From Eledone cirrhosa (Eukaryota): a stretch of DNA of 64,000 bases. The stretch covers positions 263,996,001-264,060,000 of the forward strand of contig OZ024741.1 in NCBI GenBank assembly GCA_964016885.1. The letters run 5' to 3'. Positions 38,201-55,100 of this stretch are shown here, piece by piece. A program made the position numbers and the translations under genes. Under the pieces are notes generated by a model. The model was not told where the DNA came from, ran no database searches, and saw nothing but the letters and a program-made list of their open reading frames with translations. The first letter of the stretch is position 1; each line of letters opens with the position of its first letter.

Positions 38201-41200
38201 TGACCAACTGGGACCTCGATGGTATATGAGTTCTGAGCTGGTATTTTACAGACACGGATCTCCTTTAAACTCTCCAGCCATTGACCAACTGGGACCACCA
38301 TGGTGTATGAGTACTTTGCTGGTATTTTACAGACACAGATCTGCTTTTAACTCTCCAGCCATTGACCAACTAGAACCTCCATGGTGCTTTAGTTCTGAGC
38401 TGGTATTTTACAGACACGGATCTCCTTTTAACTCTCCAGCCATTGACCAACTGGTACGACCATGGTGTATGAGTACTGAGCTGGTATTTTACAGACTCAG
38501 ATCTCCTTTTAACTCTTCAGCTATTGACCAACTGGAACCTCCATGGTTTATGACTACTGAGGTGGTATTTTACAGAAACAGATCACCTTTTAACTCTCCA
38601 GCTATTGACCAACTGGGACCTCCATGGTATATGAGATCGGAGCTGGTATTTTACAGACACAGATCTCCTTTTAACTCTCCAGCCATTGACCAACTGGGAC
38701 TACCATGGTTATTGAGTACTAAGGTGGTATTTTACAGACACAGATCTCCTTTTAACTCTCCAGCCATTGACCAACTGGGACCACCATGATGTATGAGTAC
38801 TGAGGTGGTATTTTACAGAAACAGATCTCCTTTTAACTCTCCAGCTATTGACCAACTGGAACATCCATGTTGTTTTAGTTCTGAGCTGGTAATTTACAGA
38901 CACAGATCTACTTTTAACTCTCCAGCCATCGACCAACTTGGACCACCATGATGTATGAGTTCTGAGTTGGTATTTTACAGACACAGCTCTCCTTTTAACA
39001 CTCCAGCTATTGACCAACTGGTACGACCATGGTGTATGAGTACTGAGCTGGTATTTTACAGACACAGATCTCCTTTTAACTCTCCAGCTATTGACCAACT
39101 GGGACCACCATGGTATATGAGTACTGAATGGTATTTTACAGAATCAGATCTCCTTTTAACTCTCCAGCCATTGACCAACTGGGACCACCATGATATATGA
39201 GTACTGAGCTGGTATTTTACAGACACAGCTCTCCTTTTAACTCTCCAGCCATTGACCAACTGGGACCACCATGATGTACGAGTACTGAGCTGGTATTTTA
39301 AAGACACAGATCTCCTTTTAACTCTCCAGCCATTGACCAACTGGGACCACCATGGTATATGAGTTCTGAGCTGGTATTTTGCAGACACAGATCTCCTTTT
39401 AACTCTCCAGCCATTGACCAACTGGGACCACCATGGTATATGAGTTCTGAGCTGGTATTTTGCAGACACAGATCTCCTTTTAACTCTCCAGCCATTGACC
39501 AACTGGAACCTCCATGGTGTTTTAGTTCTGAGCTGGTATTTTACAGACACAGCACTCTTTTTAACTCTCCAGCCATTGACCAACTGGGACCACCATGATG
39601 TACGAGTACTGAGCTGGTATTTTACAGACTCAGATCTCCTTTTAACTCTTCAGCTATTGACCAACTGGAACCTCCATGGTATATGAGTTCTGAGCTGGTA
39701 TTTTACAGATACAGATCTCCTTTTAACTCTCCAGCCATTGACCAACTGGGACCACCATGGTGTATGAGTACTGAGGTGGTATTTTACAGAAACAGATCAC
39801 CTTTTAACTCTCCAGCTATTGACCAACTGGGACCACCATGGTATATGAGTTCTGAGCTGGTATTTTACAGACACAGATCTACTTTTAACTCTCCAGCCAT
39901 TGACCAACTGGGACCACCATGGTGTATGAGTACTGAGGTGGTATTTTACAGACACAGATCTCCTTTTAACTATCCAGCTATTGACCAACTGGGACTTCCA
40001 TGGTGTATGAGTTCTGAGCTGGTATTTTACAGACACAGCTCTCCTTTTAACTCTCCAGCCATTGACCAACTGGGACCACCCTGATGTATGAGTACTGAGC
40101 TGGTATTTTACAGACTCAGAGCTCCTTTTAACTCTCCAGCTATTGACCAACTGGGACCTCCGTGGTATATGAGTTCTGAGCTGGTATTTTACAGACACAG
40201 ATCTTTTTTTAACTCTCCAGCCATTGACCAACTGGGACCACCATGGTGTATGAGTACTGAGGTGGTATTTTACAGACACAGATCTCCTTTTAACTCTCCA
40301 GCCATTGACCAACTGGGACCACCATGATGTATGAGTACTGAGGTGGTATTTTACAGAAACAGATCTCCTTTTAACTCTCCAGCTATTGACCAACTGGGAC
40401 CTCCATGGTATATGAGATCGGAGCTGGTATTTTACAGACAGAGGTCTCCTTTTAACTCTCCAGCTATTGACCAACTGGGACCTCCATCGTGTATGAGTTC
40501 TGAGCTGGTATTTTACAGACACAGATCTCCTTTTAACTCTCCAGCCATTGACCAACTGGGACCACCCTGATGTATGAGTACTGAGCTGGTATTTTACAGA
40601 CTCAGAGCTCCTTTTAACTCTCCAGCTATTGACCAACTGGGACCCCCGTGGTATATGAGTTCTGAGCTGGTATTTTACAGACACAGATCTCCTTTTAACT
40701 CTCCAGCTATTGGCCAACTGGGACCTCCATGGTGTTTTAGTTCTGAGCTGGTATTTTACAGACACGGATCTCCTTTTAACTCTCCAGCCATTGACCAACT
40801 GGGACCACCATGGTGTATGAGTTCTTTGCTGGTATTTTACAGACACAGATCTGCTTTTAACTCTCCAGCCATTGACCAACTGGAACCTCCATGGTGTTTT
40901 AGTTCTGAGCTGGTATTTTACAGACACAGCACTATTTTAACTCTCCAGCCATTGACCAACTGGGACCACCATGATGTACGAGTACTGAGCTGGTATTTTA
41001 CAGACTCAGATCTCCTTTTAACTCTTCAGCTATTGACCAACTGGAACCTCCATGGTATATGAGTTCTGAGCTGGTATTTTACAGACACAGATCTCCTTTT
41101 AACTCTTCAGCCATTGACCAACTGGGACCACCATGATATATGAGTACTGAGGTGGTATTTTACAGAAACAGATCTCCTTTTAACTCTCCAGCTATTGACC

Positions 41201-44200
41201 AACTGGGACCTCCATGGTGTATGAGTACTGAGGTGGTATATTACAGACACAGATCTCCTTTTAACTCTCCAGCTATTGACCAACTGGGACCTCCATGGTA
41301 TATGAGATCGGAGCTGGTATTTTACAGACACAGATCTCCTTTTAACTCTCCAGCCATTGACCAACTGGGACTACCATGGTGTATGAGTACTAAGGTGGTA
41401 TTTTACAGACACAGATCTCCTTTTGACTCTCCAGCCATTGACCAACTGGGACCACCATGATGTATGAGTACTGAGGTGGTATTTTACAGAAACAGATCTC
41501 CTTTTTACTCTCCAGCTATTGACCAACTGGGACCTCCATGGTATATGAGATCGGAGCTGGTATTTTACAGACAGAGATCTCCTTTTAACTCTCCAGCCAT
41601 AGACAAACTGGGACCACCATGGTATATGAGTACTGAGGTGGTATTTTACAGACACAGATCTGCTTTTAACTCTCCAGCTATTGACCAACTGGAACATCCA
41701 TGTTGTTTTAGTTCTGAGCTGGTAATTTACAGACACAGATCTACTTTTAACTCTCCAGCCATTGACCAACTTGGACCACCATGATGTATGAGTTCTGAGT
41801 TGGTATTTTACAGACACAGCTCTCCTTTTAACACTCCAGCTATTGACCAACTGGTACGACCATGGTGTATGAGTACTGAGCTGGTATTTTACAGACACAG
41901 ATCTCCTTTTAACTCTCCAGCTATTGACCAACTGGGACCACCATGGTATATGAGTACTGAATGGTATTTTACAGAATGAGATCTCCTTTTAACTCTCCAG
42001 CCATTGACCAACTCGTACCACCATGATATATGAGTACTGAGCTGGTATTTTACAGACAGGGATCTCCTTTTAACTCTCCAGCCATTGACCAACTGGGACC
42101 ACCATGATGTACGAGAACTGAGCTGGTATTTTAAAGACACAGATCTCCTTTTAACTCTCCAGCCATTGACCAACTGGGACCACCATGGTATATGAGTTCT
42201 GAGCTGGTATTTTGCAGACACAGATCTCCTTTTAACTCTCCAGCCATTGACCAACTGGAACCTCCATGGTGTTTTAGTTCTGAGCTGGTATTTTACAGAC
42301 ACAGCACTCTTTTTAACTCTCCAGCCATTGACCAACTGGGACCACCATGATGTACGAGTACTGAGCTGGTATTTTACAGACTCAGATCTCCTTTTAACGC
42401 TTCAGCTATTGACCAACTGGAACCTCCATGGTATATGAGTTCTGAGCTGGTATTTTACAGACACAGATCTCCTTTTAACTCTCCAGCCATTGACCAACTG
42501 GGACCACCATGGTGTATGAGTACTGAGGTGGTATTTTACAGAAACAGATCACCTTTTAACTCTCCAGCTATTGACCAACTGGGACCACCATGGTATGTAA
42601 GTTCTGAGCTGGTATTTTACAGACACAGCTCTCCTTTTAACTCTCCAGCTATTGACCAACTGGGACTTCCATGGTGTATGAGTTCTGAGCTGGTAATTTA
42701 CAGACACAGCTCTCCTTTTAACTCTCCAGCTATTGACCAACTGGGACCACCATGGTATATGAGTACTGAGGTGGTATTTTACAGACACAGATCTGCTTTT
42801 AACTCTCCAGCTATTGACCAACTGGGACTACCATGGTGTATGAGTACTAAGGTGGTATTTTACAGACACAGATCTCCTTTTAACTCTCCAGCCATTGACC
42901 AACTGGGACCACCATGATGTATGAGTACTGAGGTGGTATTTTACAGAAACAGATCTCCTTTTAACTCTTCAGCTATTGACCAACTGGGACCTCCATGGTA
43001 TATGAGATCGGAGCTGGTATTTTACAGACAGAGATCTCCTTTTAACTCTCCAGCCATTGACAAACTGGGACCACCATGGTATATGAGTACTGAGGTGGTA
43101 TTTTACAGACACAGATCTGCTTTTAACTCTCCAGCTATTGACCAACTGGAACATCCATGTTGTTTTAGTTCTGAGCTTGTAATTTACAGACACAGATCTA
43201 CTTTTAACTCTCCAGCCATTGACCAACTTGGACCACCATGATGTATGAGTTCTGAGTTGGTATTTTACAGACACAGATCTCCTTTTAACTCTCCAGCCAT
43301 TGACCAACTGGGACCACCATGGTATATGAGTTCTGAGCTGGTATTTTGCAGACACAGATCTCCTTTTAACTCTCCAGCCATTGACCAACTGGGACCACCA
43401 TGGTATATGAGTTCTGAGCTGGTATTTTGCAGACACAGATCTCCTTTTAACTCTCCAGCCATTGACCAACTGGGACCACCATGGTATATGAGTTCTGAGC
43501 TGGTATTTTGCAGACACAGATCTCCTTTTAACTCTCCAGCCATTGACCAACTGGAACCTCCATGGTGTTTTAGTTCTGAGCTGGTATTTTACAGACACAG
43601 CACTCTTTTTAACTCTCCAGCCATTGACCAACTGGGACCACCATGATGTACGAGTACTGAGCTGGTATTTTACAGACACAGATCTCCTTTTAACTCTTCA
43701 GCTATTGACCAACTGGAACCTCCATGGTATATGAGTTCTGAGCTGGTATTTTACAGACACAGATCTCCTTTTAACTCTCCAGCCATTGACCAACTGGGAC
43801 CACCATGGTGTATGAGTACTGAGGTGGTATTTTACAGAAACAGATCACCTTTTAACTCTCCAGTTATTGACCAACTGGGACCACCATGGTATATGAGTTC
43901 CGAGCTGGTATTTTACAGACACAGATCTCCTTTTAACTCTCCAGCCATTGACCAACTGGGACCACCATGGTGTATGAGTACTGAGGTGGTATTTTACAGA
44001 AACAGATCACCTTTTAACTCTCCAGTTATTGACCAACTGGGACTACCATGGTGTATGAGTACTAAGGTGGTATTTTACAGACACAGATCTCCTTTTAACT
44101 CTCCAGCCATTGACCAACTGGGACCACCATGATGTATGAGTACTGAGGTGGTATTTTACAGAAACAGATCTCCTTTTTACTCTCCAGCTATTGACCAACT

Positions 44201-47200
44201 GGGACCTCCATGGTATATGAGATCGGAGCTTGTATTTTACAGACAGAGATCTCCTTTTAACTCTCCAGCCATAGACAAACTGGGACCACCATGGTATATG
44301 AGTACTGAGGTGGTATTTTACAGACACAGATCTGCTTTTAACTCTCCAACTATTGACCAACTGGAACATCCATGTTGTTTTAGTTCTGAGCTGGTAATTT
44401 ACAGACACAGATCTACTTTTAACTCTCCAGCCATTGACCAACTTGGACCACCATGATGTATGAGTTCTGAGTTGGTATTTTACAGACACAGCTCTCCTTT
44501 TAACACTCCAGCTATTGACCAACTGGTACGACCATGGTGTATGAGTACTGAGCTGGTATTTTACAGACACAGATCTCCTTTTAACTCTCCAGCTATTGAC
44601 CAACTGGGACCACCATGGTATATGAGTACTGAATGGTATTTTACAGAATCAGATCTCCTTTTAACTCTCCAGCCATTGACCAACTCGTACCACCATGATA
44701 TATGAGTACTGAGCTGGTATTTTACAGACAGTGATCTCCTTTTAACTCTCCAGCCATTGACCAACTGGGACCACCATGATGTACGAGAACTGAGCTGGTA
44801 TTTTAAAGACACAGATCTCCTTTTAACTCTCCAGCCATTGACCAACTGGGACCACCATGGTATATGAGTTCTGAGCTGGTATTTTGCAGACACAGATCTC
44901 CTTTTAACTCTCCAGCCATTGACCAAATGGGACCACCATGGTATATGAGTTCTGAGCTGGTATTTTGCAGACACAGATCTCCTTTTAACTCTCCAGCCAT
45001 TGACCAACTGGAACCTCCATGGTGTTTTAGTTCTGAGCTGGTATTTTACAGACACAGCACTCTTTTTAACTCTCCAGCCATTGACCAACTGGGACCACCA
45101 TGATGTACGAGTACTGAGCTGGTATTTTACAGACTCAGATCTCCTTTTAACGCTTCAGCTATTGACCAACTGGAACCTCCATGGTATATGAGTTCTGAGC
45201 TGGTATTTTACAGACACAGATCTCCTTTTAACTCTCCAGCCATTGACCAACTGGGACCACCATGGTGTATGAGTACTGAGGTGGTATTTTACAGAAACAG
45301 ATCACCTTTTAACTCTCCAGCTATTGACCAACTGAGACCACCATGGTATGTAAGTTCTGAGCTGGTATTTTACAGACACAGATCTCCTTTTAACTCTCCA
45401 GCCATTGACCAACTGGGACCACCATGGTGTATGAGTACTGAGGTGGTATTTTACAGACACAGATCTCCTTTTAACTATCCAGCTATTGACCAACTGGGAC
45501 TTCCATGGTGTATGAGTTCTGAGCTGGTAATTTACAGACACAGCTCTCCTTTTAACTCTCCAGCTATTGACCAACTGGGACCACCATGGTATATGAGTAC
45601 TGAGGTGGTATTTTACAGACACAGATCTGCTTTTAACTCTCCAGCTATTGACCAACTGGGACTACCATGGTGTATGAGTACTAAGGTGGTATTTTACAGA
45701 CACAGATCTCCTTTTAACTCTCCAGCCATTGACCAACTGGGACCACCATGATGTATGAGTACTGAGGTGGTATTTTACAGAAACAGATCTCCTTTTAACT
45801 CTTCAGCTATTGACCAACTGGGACCTCCATGGTATATGAGATCGGAGCTGGTATTTTACAGACAGAGATCTCCTTTTAACTCTCCAGCCATTGACAAACT
45901 GGGACCACCATGGTATATGAGTACTGAGGTGGTATTTTACAGACACAGATCTGCTTTTAACTCTCCAGCTATTGACCAACTGGAACATCCATGTTGTTTT
46001 AGTTCTGAGCTTGTAATTTACAGACACAGATCTACTTTTAACTCTCCAGCCATTGACCAACTTGGACCACCATGATGTATGAGTTCTGAGTTAGTATTTT
46101 ACAGACATATCTCTCCTTTTAACACTCCAGCTATTGACCAACTGGTACGACCATGGTGTATGAGTACTGAGCTGGTATTTTACAGACACAGATCTCCTTT
46201 TAACTCTCCAGCTATTGACCAACAGGGACCACCATGGTATATGAGTACTGAATGGTATTTTACAGAATCAGATCTCCTTTTAACTCTCCAGCCATTGACC
46301 AACTGGGACCACCATGATGTACGAGTACTGAGCTGGTATTTTACAGACACAGATCTCCTTTTAACTCTCCAGCCATTGACCAACTGGGACCACCATGGTA
46401 TATGAGTTCTGAGCTGGTATTTTGCAGACACAGATCTCCTTTTAACTCTCCAGCCATTGACCAACTGGGACCACCATGGTATATGAGTTCTGAGCTGGTA
46501 TTTTGCAGACACAGATCTCCTTTTAACTCTCCAGCCATTGACCAACTGGAACCTCCATGGTGTTTTAGTTCTGAGCTGGTATTTTACAGACACAGCACTC
46601 TTTTTAACTCTCCAGCCATTGACCAACTGGGACCACCATGATGTACGAGTACTGAGCTGGTATTTTACAGAAACAGATCACCTTTTAACTCTCCAGTTAT
46701 TGACCAACTGGGACCACCATGGTATATGAGTTCCGAGCTGGTATTTTACAGACACAGATCTCCTTTTAACTCTCCAGCCATTGACCAACTGGGACCACCA
46801 TGATGTATGAGTACTGAGCTGGTATTTTACAGAGTCAGAGCTCGTTTTAACTCTGCAGCTATTGACCAACTGGGACCTCCGTGGTATATGAGTTCTGAGC
46901 TGGAATTTTAGAGACACAGATCTCCATTTAACTCTCCAGGCCTTGACCAACTGGGACCACCATGGTATGTAAGTTCTGAGCTGGTATTTTACAGACACAG
47001 ATCTCCTTTTAACTCTCCAGCCATTGACCAACTGGGACCACCATGGTGTATGAGTACTGAGGTGGTATTTTACAGACACAGATCTCCTTTTAACTATCCA
47101 GCTATTGACCAACTGGGACTTCCATGGTGTATGAGTTCTGAGCTGGTATCTTACAGACACAGCTCTCCTTTTAACTCTCCAGCCATTGACCAACTTGGAC

Positions 47201-50200
47201 CACCATGATGTATGAGTTCTGAGTTGGTATTTTACAGACACAGATCTCCTTTTAACTCTCCAGCTATTGACCAACTGGGACCACCATGGTATATGAGTAC
47301 TGAATGGTATTTTACAGAATCAGATCTCCTTTCAACTCTCCAGCCATTGACCAACTGGGACCACCATGATGTACGAGTACTGAGCTGGTATTTTACAGAC
47401 ACAGATCTCCTTTTAACTCTCCAGCCATTGACCAACTGGGACCACCATGGTATATGAGTTCTGAGCTGGTATTTTGCAGACACAGATCTCCTTTTAACTC
47501 TCCAGCCATTGACCAACTGGAACCTCCATGGTGTTTTAGTTGTGAGCTGGATATTTTACAGACACAGCACTCTTTTTAACTCTCCAGCCATTGACCAACT
47601 GGGACCACCATGATGTACGAGTACTGAGCTGGTATTTTACAGACATATATTTCCTTTTAACTCTCCAGCCATTGACCAACTGGAACCTCCATGGTGTTTT
47701 AATTCTGAGCTGGTATTTTACAGACACAGCACTCTTTTTAACTCTCCAGCCATTGACCAACTGGAACCACCATGATGTACGAGTACTGAGCTGGTATTTT
47801 ACAGACTCAGATCTCCTTTTAACTCTTCAGCTATTGACCAACTGGAACCTCCATGGTATATGAGTTCTGAGCTGGTATTTTACAGACACAGATCTCCTTT
47901 TAACTCTCCAGCCATTGACCAACTGGTACCACCATGGTGTATGAGTACTGAGGTGCTATTTTACAGAAACAGATCACCTTTTAACTCTCCAGCTATTGAC
48001 CAACTGGGACCTCCATGGTATATGAGTTCTGAGCTGGTATTTTACAGACACGGATCTCCTTTTTACACTCCAGCCATTGACCAACTGGGACCACCATGGT
48101 GTATGAGTACTTTGCTGGTATTTTACAGACACAGATCTCCTTTTAACTATCCAGCTATTGACCAACTGGGACTACCATGGTGTATGAGTACTGAGGTGGT
48201 ATTTTACAGACACAGATCTCCTTTTAACTCTCCAGCCATTGACCAACTGGGACCACCATGATATATGAGTACTGAGGTGGTATTTTACAGAAACAGATCT
48301 CCTTTTAACTATCCAGCTATTGACCAACTGGAACATCCATGTTGTTTTAGTTCTGAGCTGGTATTTTACAGACACAGATCTACTTTTAACTCTCCAGCCA
48401 TTGACCAACTTAGACCACCATGATGTATGAGTTCTGACTTGGTATTTTACAGACACAGCTCTCCTTTTAACACTCCAGCTATTGACCAACTGGTACGACC
48501 ATGGTGTATGAGTACTGAGCTGGTATTTTACAGACACAGATCTCCTTTTAACTATCCAGCTATTGACCAACTGGGACTACCATGGTGTATGAGTACTGAG
48601 GTGGTATTTTACAGACACAGATTTCCTTTTGACTCTCCAGCCATTGACCAACTGGGACCACCATGGTATATGAGTTCTGAGCTGGTATTTTGCAGACACA
48701 GATCTCCTTTTAACTCTCCAGCCATTGACCAACTGGGACCACCATGGTATATGAGTTCTGAGCTGGTATTTTGCAGACACAGATCTCCTTTTAACTCTCC
48801 AGCCATTGACCAACTGGAACCTCCATGGTGTTTTAGTTCTGAGCTGGTATTTTACAGACACAGCACTCTTTTTAACTCTCCAGCCATTGACCAACTGGGA
48901 CCACCATGATGTACGAGTACTGAGCTGGTATTTTACAGACTCAGATCTCCTTTTAACTCTTCAGCTATTGACCAACTGGAACCTCCATGGTATATGAGTT
49001 CAGAGCTGGTATTTTACAGACACAGATCGCCTTTTAACTCTCCAGCCATTGACCAACTGGGACCACCATGGTGTATGAGTACTAAGGTGGTATTTTACAG
49101 AAACAGATCACCTTTTAACTCTCCAACTATTGACCAACTGGGACCTCCGTGGTATATGAGTTCTGAGCTGGAATTTTACAGACACAGATCTCCTTTTAAC
49201 TCTCCAGGCCTTGACCAACTGGGACCACCATAGTATGTATGTTCTGAGCTGGTATTTTACAGACACAGATCTCCGTTTAACTCTCCAGCCATTGACCAAC
49301 TGGGACCACCATGGTGTATGAGTACTGAGGTGGTATTTTACAGACACAGCTCTCCTTTTAACACTCCAGCTATTGACCAACTGGTACGACCATGGTGTAT
49401 GAGTACTGAGCTGGTATTTTACAGACACAGATCTCCTTTTAACTATCCAGCTATTGACCAACTGGGACTACCATGGTGTATGAGTACTGAGGTGGTATTT
49501 TACAGACACAGATTTCCTTTTAACTCTCCAGCCATTGACCAACTGGAACCACCATGATATATGAGTACTGAGGTGGTATTTTACAGAAACAGATCTCCTT
49601 TTAACTCTCCAGCTATTGACCAACTGGGACCTCCATGGTATATGAGATCGGAGCTGGTATTTTACAGACACAGATCGCCTTTTAACTCTCCAGCCATTGA
49701 CCAACTGGGACTACCATGGTGTATGAGTACTAAGGTGGTATTTTACAGACACAGATCTCCTTTTAACTCTCCAGCCATTGACCAACTGGGACCACCATGA
49801 TGTATGAGTACTGAGGTGGTATTTTACAGAAACAGATCTCCTTTTAACTCTCCAGCTATTGACCAACTGGGACCTCCATGGTATATGAGATCGGAGCTGG
49901 TATTTTACAGACAGAGATCTCCTTTTAACTCTCCAGGCATTGACAAACTGGGACCACCATGGTATATGAGTACTGAGGTGGTATTTTACAGACACAGATC
50001 TGCTTTTAACTCTCCAGCTATTGACCAACTGGAACATCCATGTTGTTTTAGTTCTGAGCTGGTAATTTACAGACACAGATCTACTTTTAACTCTCCAGGC
50101 ATTGACCAACTTGGACCACCATGATGTATGAGTTCTGAGTTGGTATTTTACAGACACAGATCTCCTTTTAACTCTCCAGCTATTGACCAACTGGGACCAC

Positions 50201-52149
50201 CATGGTATATGAGTACTGAATGGTATTTTACAGAATCAGATCTCCTTTTAACTCTCCAGCCATTGACCAACTGGGACCACCATGATATATGAGTACTGAG
50301 CTGGTATTTTACAGACAGGGAACTCCTTTTAACTCTCCAGCCATTGACCAACTGGGACCACCATGATGTACGAGTACTGAGCTGGTATTTTACAGACACA
50401 GATCTCCTTTTAACTCTTCAGCTATTGACCAACTGGAACCTCCATGGTATATGAGTTCTGAGCTGGTATTTTACAGACACAGATCTCCTTTTAACTCTCC
50501 AGCCATTGACCAACTGGGACCACCATGGTGTATGAGTACTGAGGTGGTATTTTACAGACACAGATCTCCATTTAACTCTCCAGGCCTTGACCAACTGGGA
50601 CCACCATGGTATGTAAGTTCTGAGCTGGTATTTTACAGACACATATCTCCTTTTAACTCTCCAGCCATTGACCAACTGGGACCACCATGGTGTATGAGTA
50701 CTGAGGTGGTATTTTACAGACACAGATCTCCTTTTAACTATCCAGCTATTGAGCAAATGGGACTTCCATGGTGTATGAGTTCTGAGCTGGTATTTTACAG
50801 ACACAGCTCTCCTTTTAACTCTCCAGCCATTGACCAACTTGGACCACCATGATGTATGAGTTCTGAGTTGGTATTTTACAGACACAGCTCTCCTTTTAAC
50901 ACTCCAGCTATTGACCAACTGGTACGACCATGGTGTATGAGTACTGAGCTGGTATTTTACAGACACAGATCTCCTTTTAACTCTCCAGCTATTGACCAAC
51001 TGGGACCACCATGGTATATGAGTACTGAATGGTATTTTACAGAATCAGATCTCCTTTTAACTCTCCAGCCATTGACCAATGGGACCACCATGATGTACGA
51101 GTACTGAGCTGGTATTTTACAGACACAGATCTCCTTTTAACTCTCCAGCCATTGACCAACTGGGACCACCATGATGTACGAGTACTCAGCTGGTATTTTA
51201 CAGACATAGATCTCCTTTTAACTCTCCAGCCATTGACCAACTGGAACCTCCATGGTGTTTTAGTTCTGAGCTGGTATTTTACAGACACAGCACTCTTTTT
51301 AACTCTCCAGCCATTGACCAACTGGGACCAACATGATGTACGAATTACTGAGCTGGTATTTTACAGACTCAGATCTCCTTTTAACTCTTCAGCTATTGAC
51401 CAACTGGAACCTCCATGGTATATGAGTTCTGAGCTGGTATTTTACAGACACAGATCTCCTTTTAACTCTCCAGCCATTGACCAACTGGTACCACCATGGT
51501 GTATGAGTACTGAGGTGCTATTTTACAGAAACAGATCACCTTTTAACTCTCCAGCTATTGACCAACTGGGACCTCCATGGTATATGAGTTCTGAGCTGGT
51601 ATTTTACAGACACGGATCTCCTTTTTACACTCCAGCCATTGACCAACTGGGACCACCATGGTGTATGAGTACTTTGCTGGTATTTTACAGACACAGATCT
51701 CCTTTTAACTATCCAGCTATTGACCAATTGGGACTACCATGGTGTATGAGTACTGAGGTGGTATTTTACAGACACAGATCTCCTTTTAACTCTCCAGCCA
51801 TTGACCAACAGGGACCACCATGATATATGAGTACTGAGGTGGTATTTTACAGAAACAGATCTCCTTTTAACTCTCCAGCTATTGACCAACTGGGACCTCC
51901 ATGGTATATGATATCGGAGCTGGTATTTTACAAACACAGATCTCCTTTTAACTCTCCAGCCATTGACCAACTGGGACTACCATGGTGTATGAGTACTGAG
52001 GTGGTATTTTACAGACACAGATCTCCTTTTAACTATCCAGCCATTGACCAACTGGGACAACCATGATGTATGAGTACTGAGGTGGTATTTTACAGAAACA
52101 GATCTCCTTTTAACTCTCCAGCTATTGACCAACTGGGACCTCCATGGTA

Positions 52150-55100
52150 TATGAGATCGGAGCTGGTATTTTACAGACACAGATCTGCTTTTAACTCTCC
52201 AGCTATTGACCAACTGGAACATCCATGTTGTTTTAGTTCTGAGCTGGTATTTTACAGACACAGATCTACTTTTAACTCTCCAGCCATTGACCAACTTAGA
52301 CCACCATGATGTATGAGTCCTGACTTGGTATTTTACAGACACAGCTCTCCTTTTAACACTCCAGCTATTGACCAACTGGTACGACCATGGTGTATGAGTA
52401 CTGAGCTGGTATTTTACAGACACAGATCTCCTTTTAACTATCCAGCTATTGACCAACTAGGACTACCATGGTGTATGAGTACTGAGGTGGTATTTTACAG
52501 ACACAGATTTCCTTTCAACTCTCCAGCCATTGACCAACTGGAACCACCATGATGTATGAGTACTGAGGTGGTATTTTACAGAAACAGATCTCCTTTTAAC
52601 TCTCCAACTATTGACCAACTGGGACCTCCATGGTACATGAGATCGGAGCTGGTATTTTACAGACACAGATCTCCTTTTAACTCTCCAGCCATTGACCAAC
52701 TGGGACTACCATGGTGTATGAGTACTAAGGTGGTATTTTACAGACACAGATCTCCTTTTAACTCTCTAGCCATTGACCAACTGGGACCACCATGATGTAT
52801 GAGTACTGAGGTGGTATTTTACAGAAACAGATCTCCTTTTAACTCTCCAGCTATTGACCAACTGGGATCTCCATGGTATATGAGATCGGAGCTGGTATTT
52901 TACAGACAGAGATCTCCTTTTAACTCTCCAGCCATTGACAAACTGGGACCACCATGGTATATGAGTACTGAGGTGGTATTTTACAGACACAGATCTGCTT
53001 TTAACTCTCCAGCTATTGACCAACTGGAACATCCATGTTGTTTTAGTTCTGAGCTGGTAATTTACAGACACACATCTACTTTTAACTCTCCAGGCATTGA
53101 CCAACTTGGACCACCATGATGTATGAGTTCTGAGTTGGTATTTTACAGACACAGATCTCCTTTTAACTCTCCAGCTATTGACCAACTGGGACCACCATGG
53201 TATATGAGTACTGAATGGTATTTTACAGAATCAGATCTCCTTTTAACTCTCCAGCCATTGACCAACTGGGACCACCATGATATATGAGTACTGAGCCGGT
53301 ATTTTACAGACAGGGATCTCCTTTTAACTCTCCAGCCATTGACCAACTGGGACCACCATGATGTACGAGAACTGAGCTGGTATTTTAAAAACACAGATCT
53401 CCTTTTAACTCTCCAGCCATTGACCAACTGGGACCACCATGTTATATGAGTTCTGAGCTGGTATTTTGCAGACACAGATCTCCTTTTAACTCTCCAGCCA
53501 TTGACCAACTGGGACCACCATGGTATATGAGTTCTGAGCTGGTATTTTGCAGACACAGATCTCCTTTTAACTCTCCAGCCATTGACCAACTGGAACCTCC
53601 ATGGTGTTTTAGTTCTGAGCTGGTATTTTACAGAAACAGATCTCCTTTTAACTCTCCAGCTATTGACCAACTGGGACCACCATGGTATATGAGTTCCGAG
53701 CTGGTATTTTACAGACACAGATCCCCTTTTAACTCTCCAGCCATTGACCAACTGGGACCACCATGATGTATGAGTACTGAGCTGGTATTTTACAGACTCA
53801 GAGCTCCTTTTAACTCTCCAGCTATTGACCAACTGGGACCTCCGTGGTATATGAGTTCTGAGCTGGAATTTTACAGACACAGATCTCCTTTTAACTCTCC
53901 AGGCCTTGACCAACTGGGACCACCATGGTATGTAAGTTCTGAGCTGGTATTTTACAGACACAGATCTCCTTTTAACTCTCCAGCCATTGACCAACTGGGA
54001 CCACCATGGTGTATGAGTACTGAGGTGGTATTTTACAGACACAGATCTCCTTTTAACTATCCAGCTATTGACCAACTGGGACTTCCATGGTGTATGAGTA
54101 CTAAGGTGGTATTTTACAGACACAGATCTCCTTTTAACTCTCCAGGCCTTGACCAACTGGGACCACCATGGTATGTAAGTTCTGAGCTGGTATTTTACAG
54201 ACACAGATCTCCTTTTAACTCTCCAGCTATTGACCAACTGGGACCTCCATGGTATATGAGATCGGAGCTGGTATTTTACAGATACAGATCTCCTTTTAAC
54301 TCTCCAGCCATTGACCAACTGGGACTACCATGGTGTATGAGTACTAAGGTGGTATTTTACAGACACAGATCTCCTTTTAACTCTCCAGCCATTGACCAAC
54401 TGGGACCACCATGATGTATGAGTACAGAGGTGGTATTTTACAGAAACAGATCTCCTTTTAACTCTCCAGCTATTGACCAACTGGGACCTCCATGGTATAT
54501 GAGATCGGAGCTGGTATTTTACAGACAGAGATCTCCTTTTAACTCTCCAGCCATTGACAAACTGGGACCACCATGGTATATGAGTACTGAGGTGGTATTT
54601 TACAGACACAGATCTGCTTTTAACTCTCCAGCTATTGACCAACTGGAACATCCATGTTGTTTTAGTTCTGAGCTTGTAATTTACAGACACAGATCTACTT
54701 TTAACTCTCCAGCCATTGACCAACTTGGACCACCATGATGTATGAGTTCTGAGTTGGTATTTTACAGACACAGCTCTCCTTTTAACGCTCCAGCTATTGA
54801 CCAACTGGTACGACCATGGTGTATGAGTACTGAGCTGGTATTTTACAGACACAGATCTCCTTTTAACTCTCCAGCCATTGACCAACTGGGACCACCATGA
54901 TGTACGAGTACTGAGCTGGTATTTTACAGACACAGATCTCCTTTTAACCCTCCAGCCATTGACCAACTGGGACCACCATGGTATATGAGTTCTGAGCTGG
55001 TATTTTGCAGACACAGATCTCCTTTTAACGCTCCAGCCATTGACCAACTGGAACCTCCATGGTGTTTTAGTTCTGAGCTGGTATTTTACAAACACAGCCC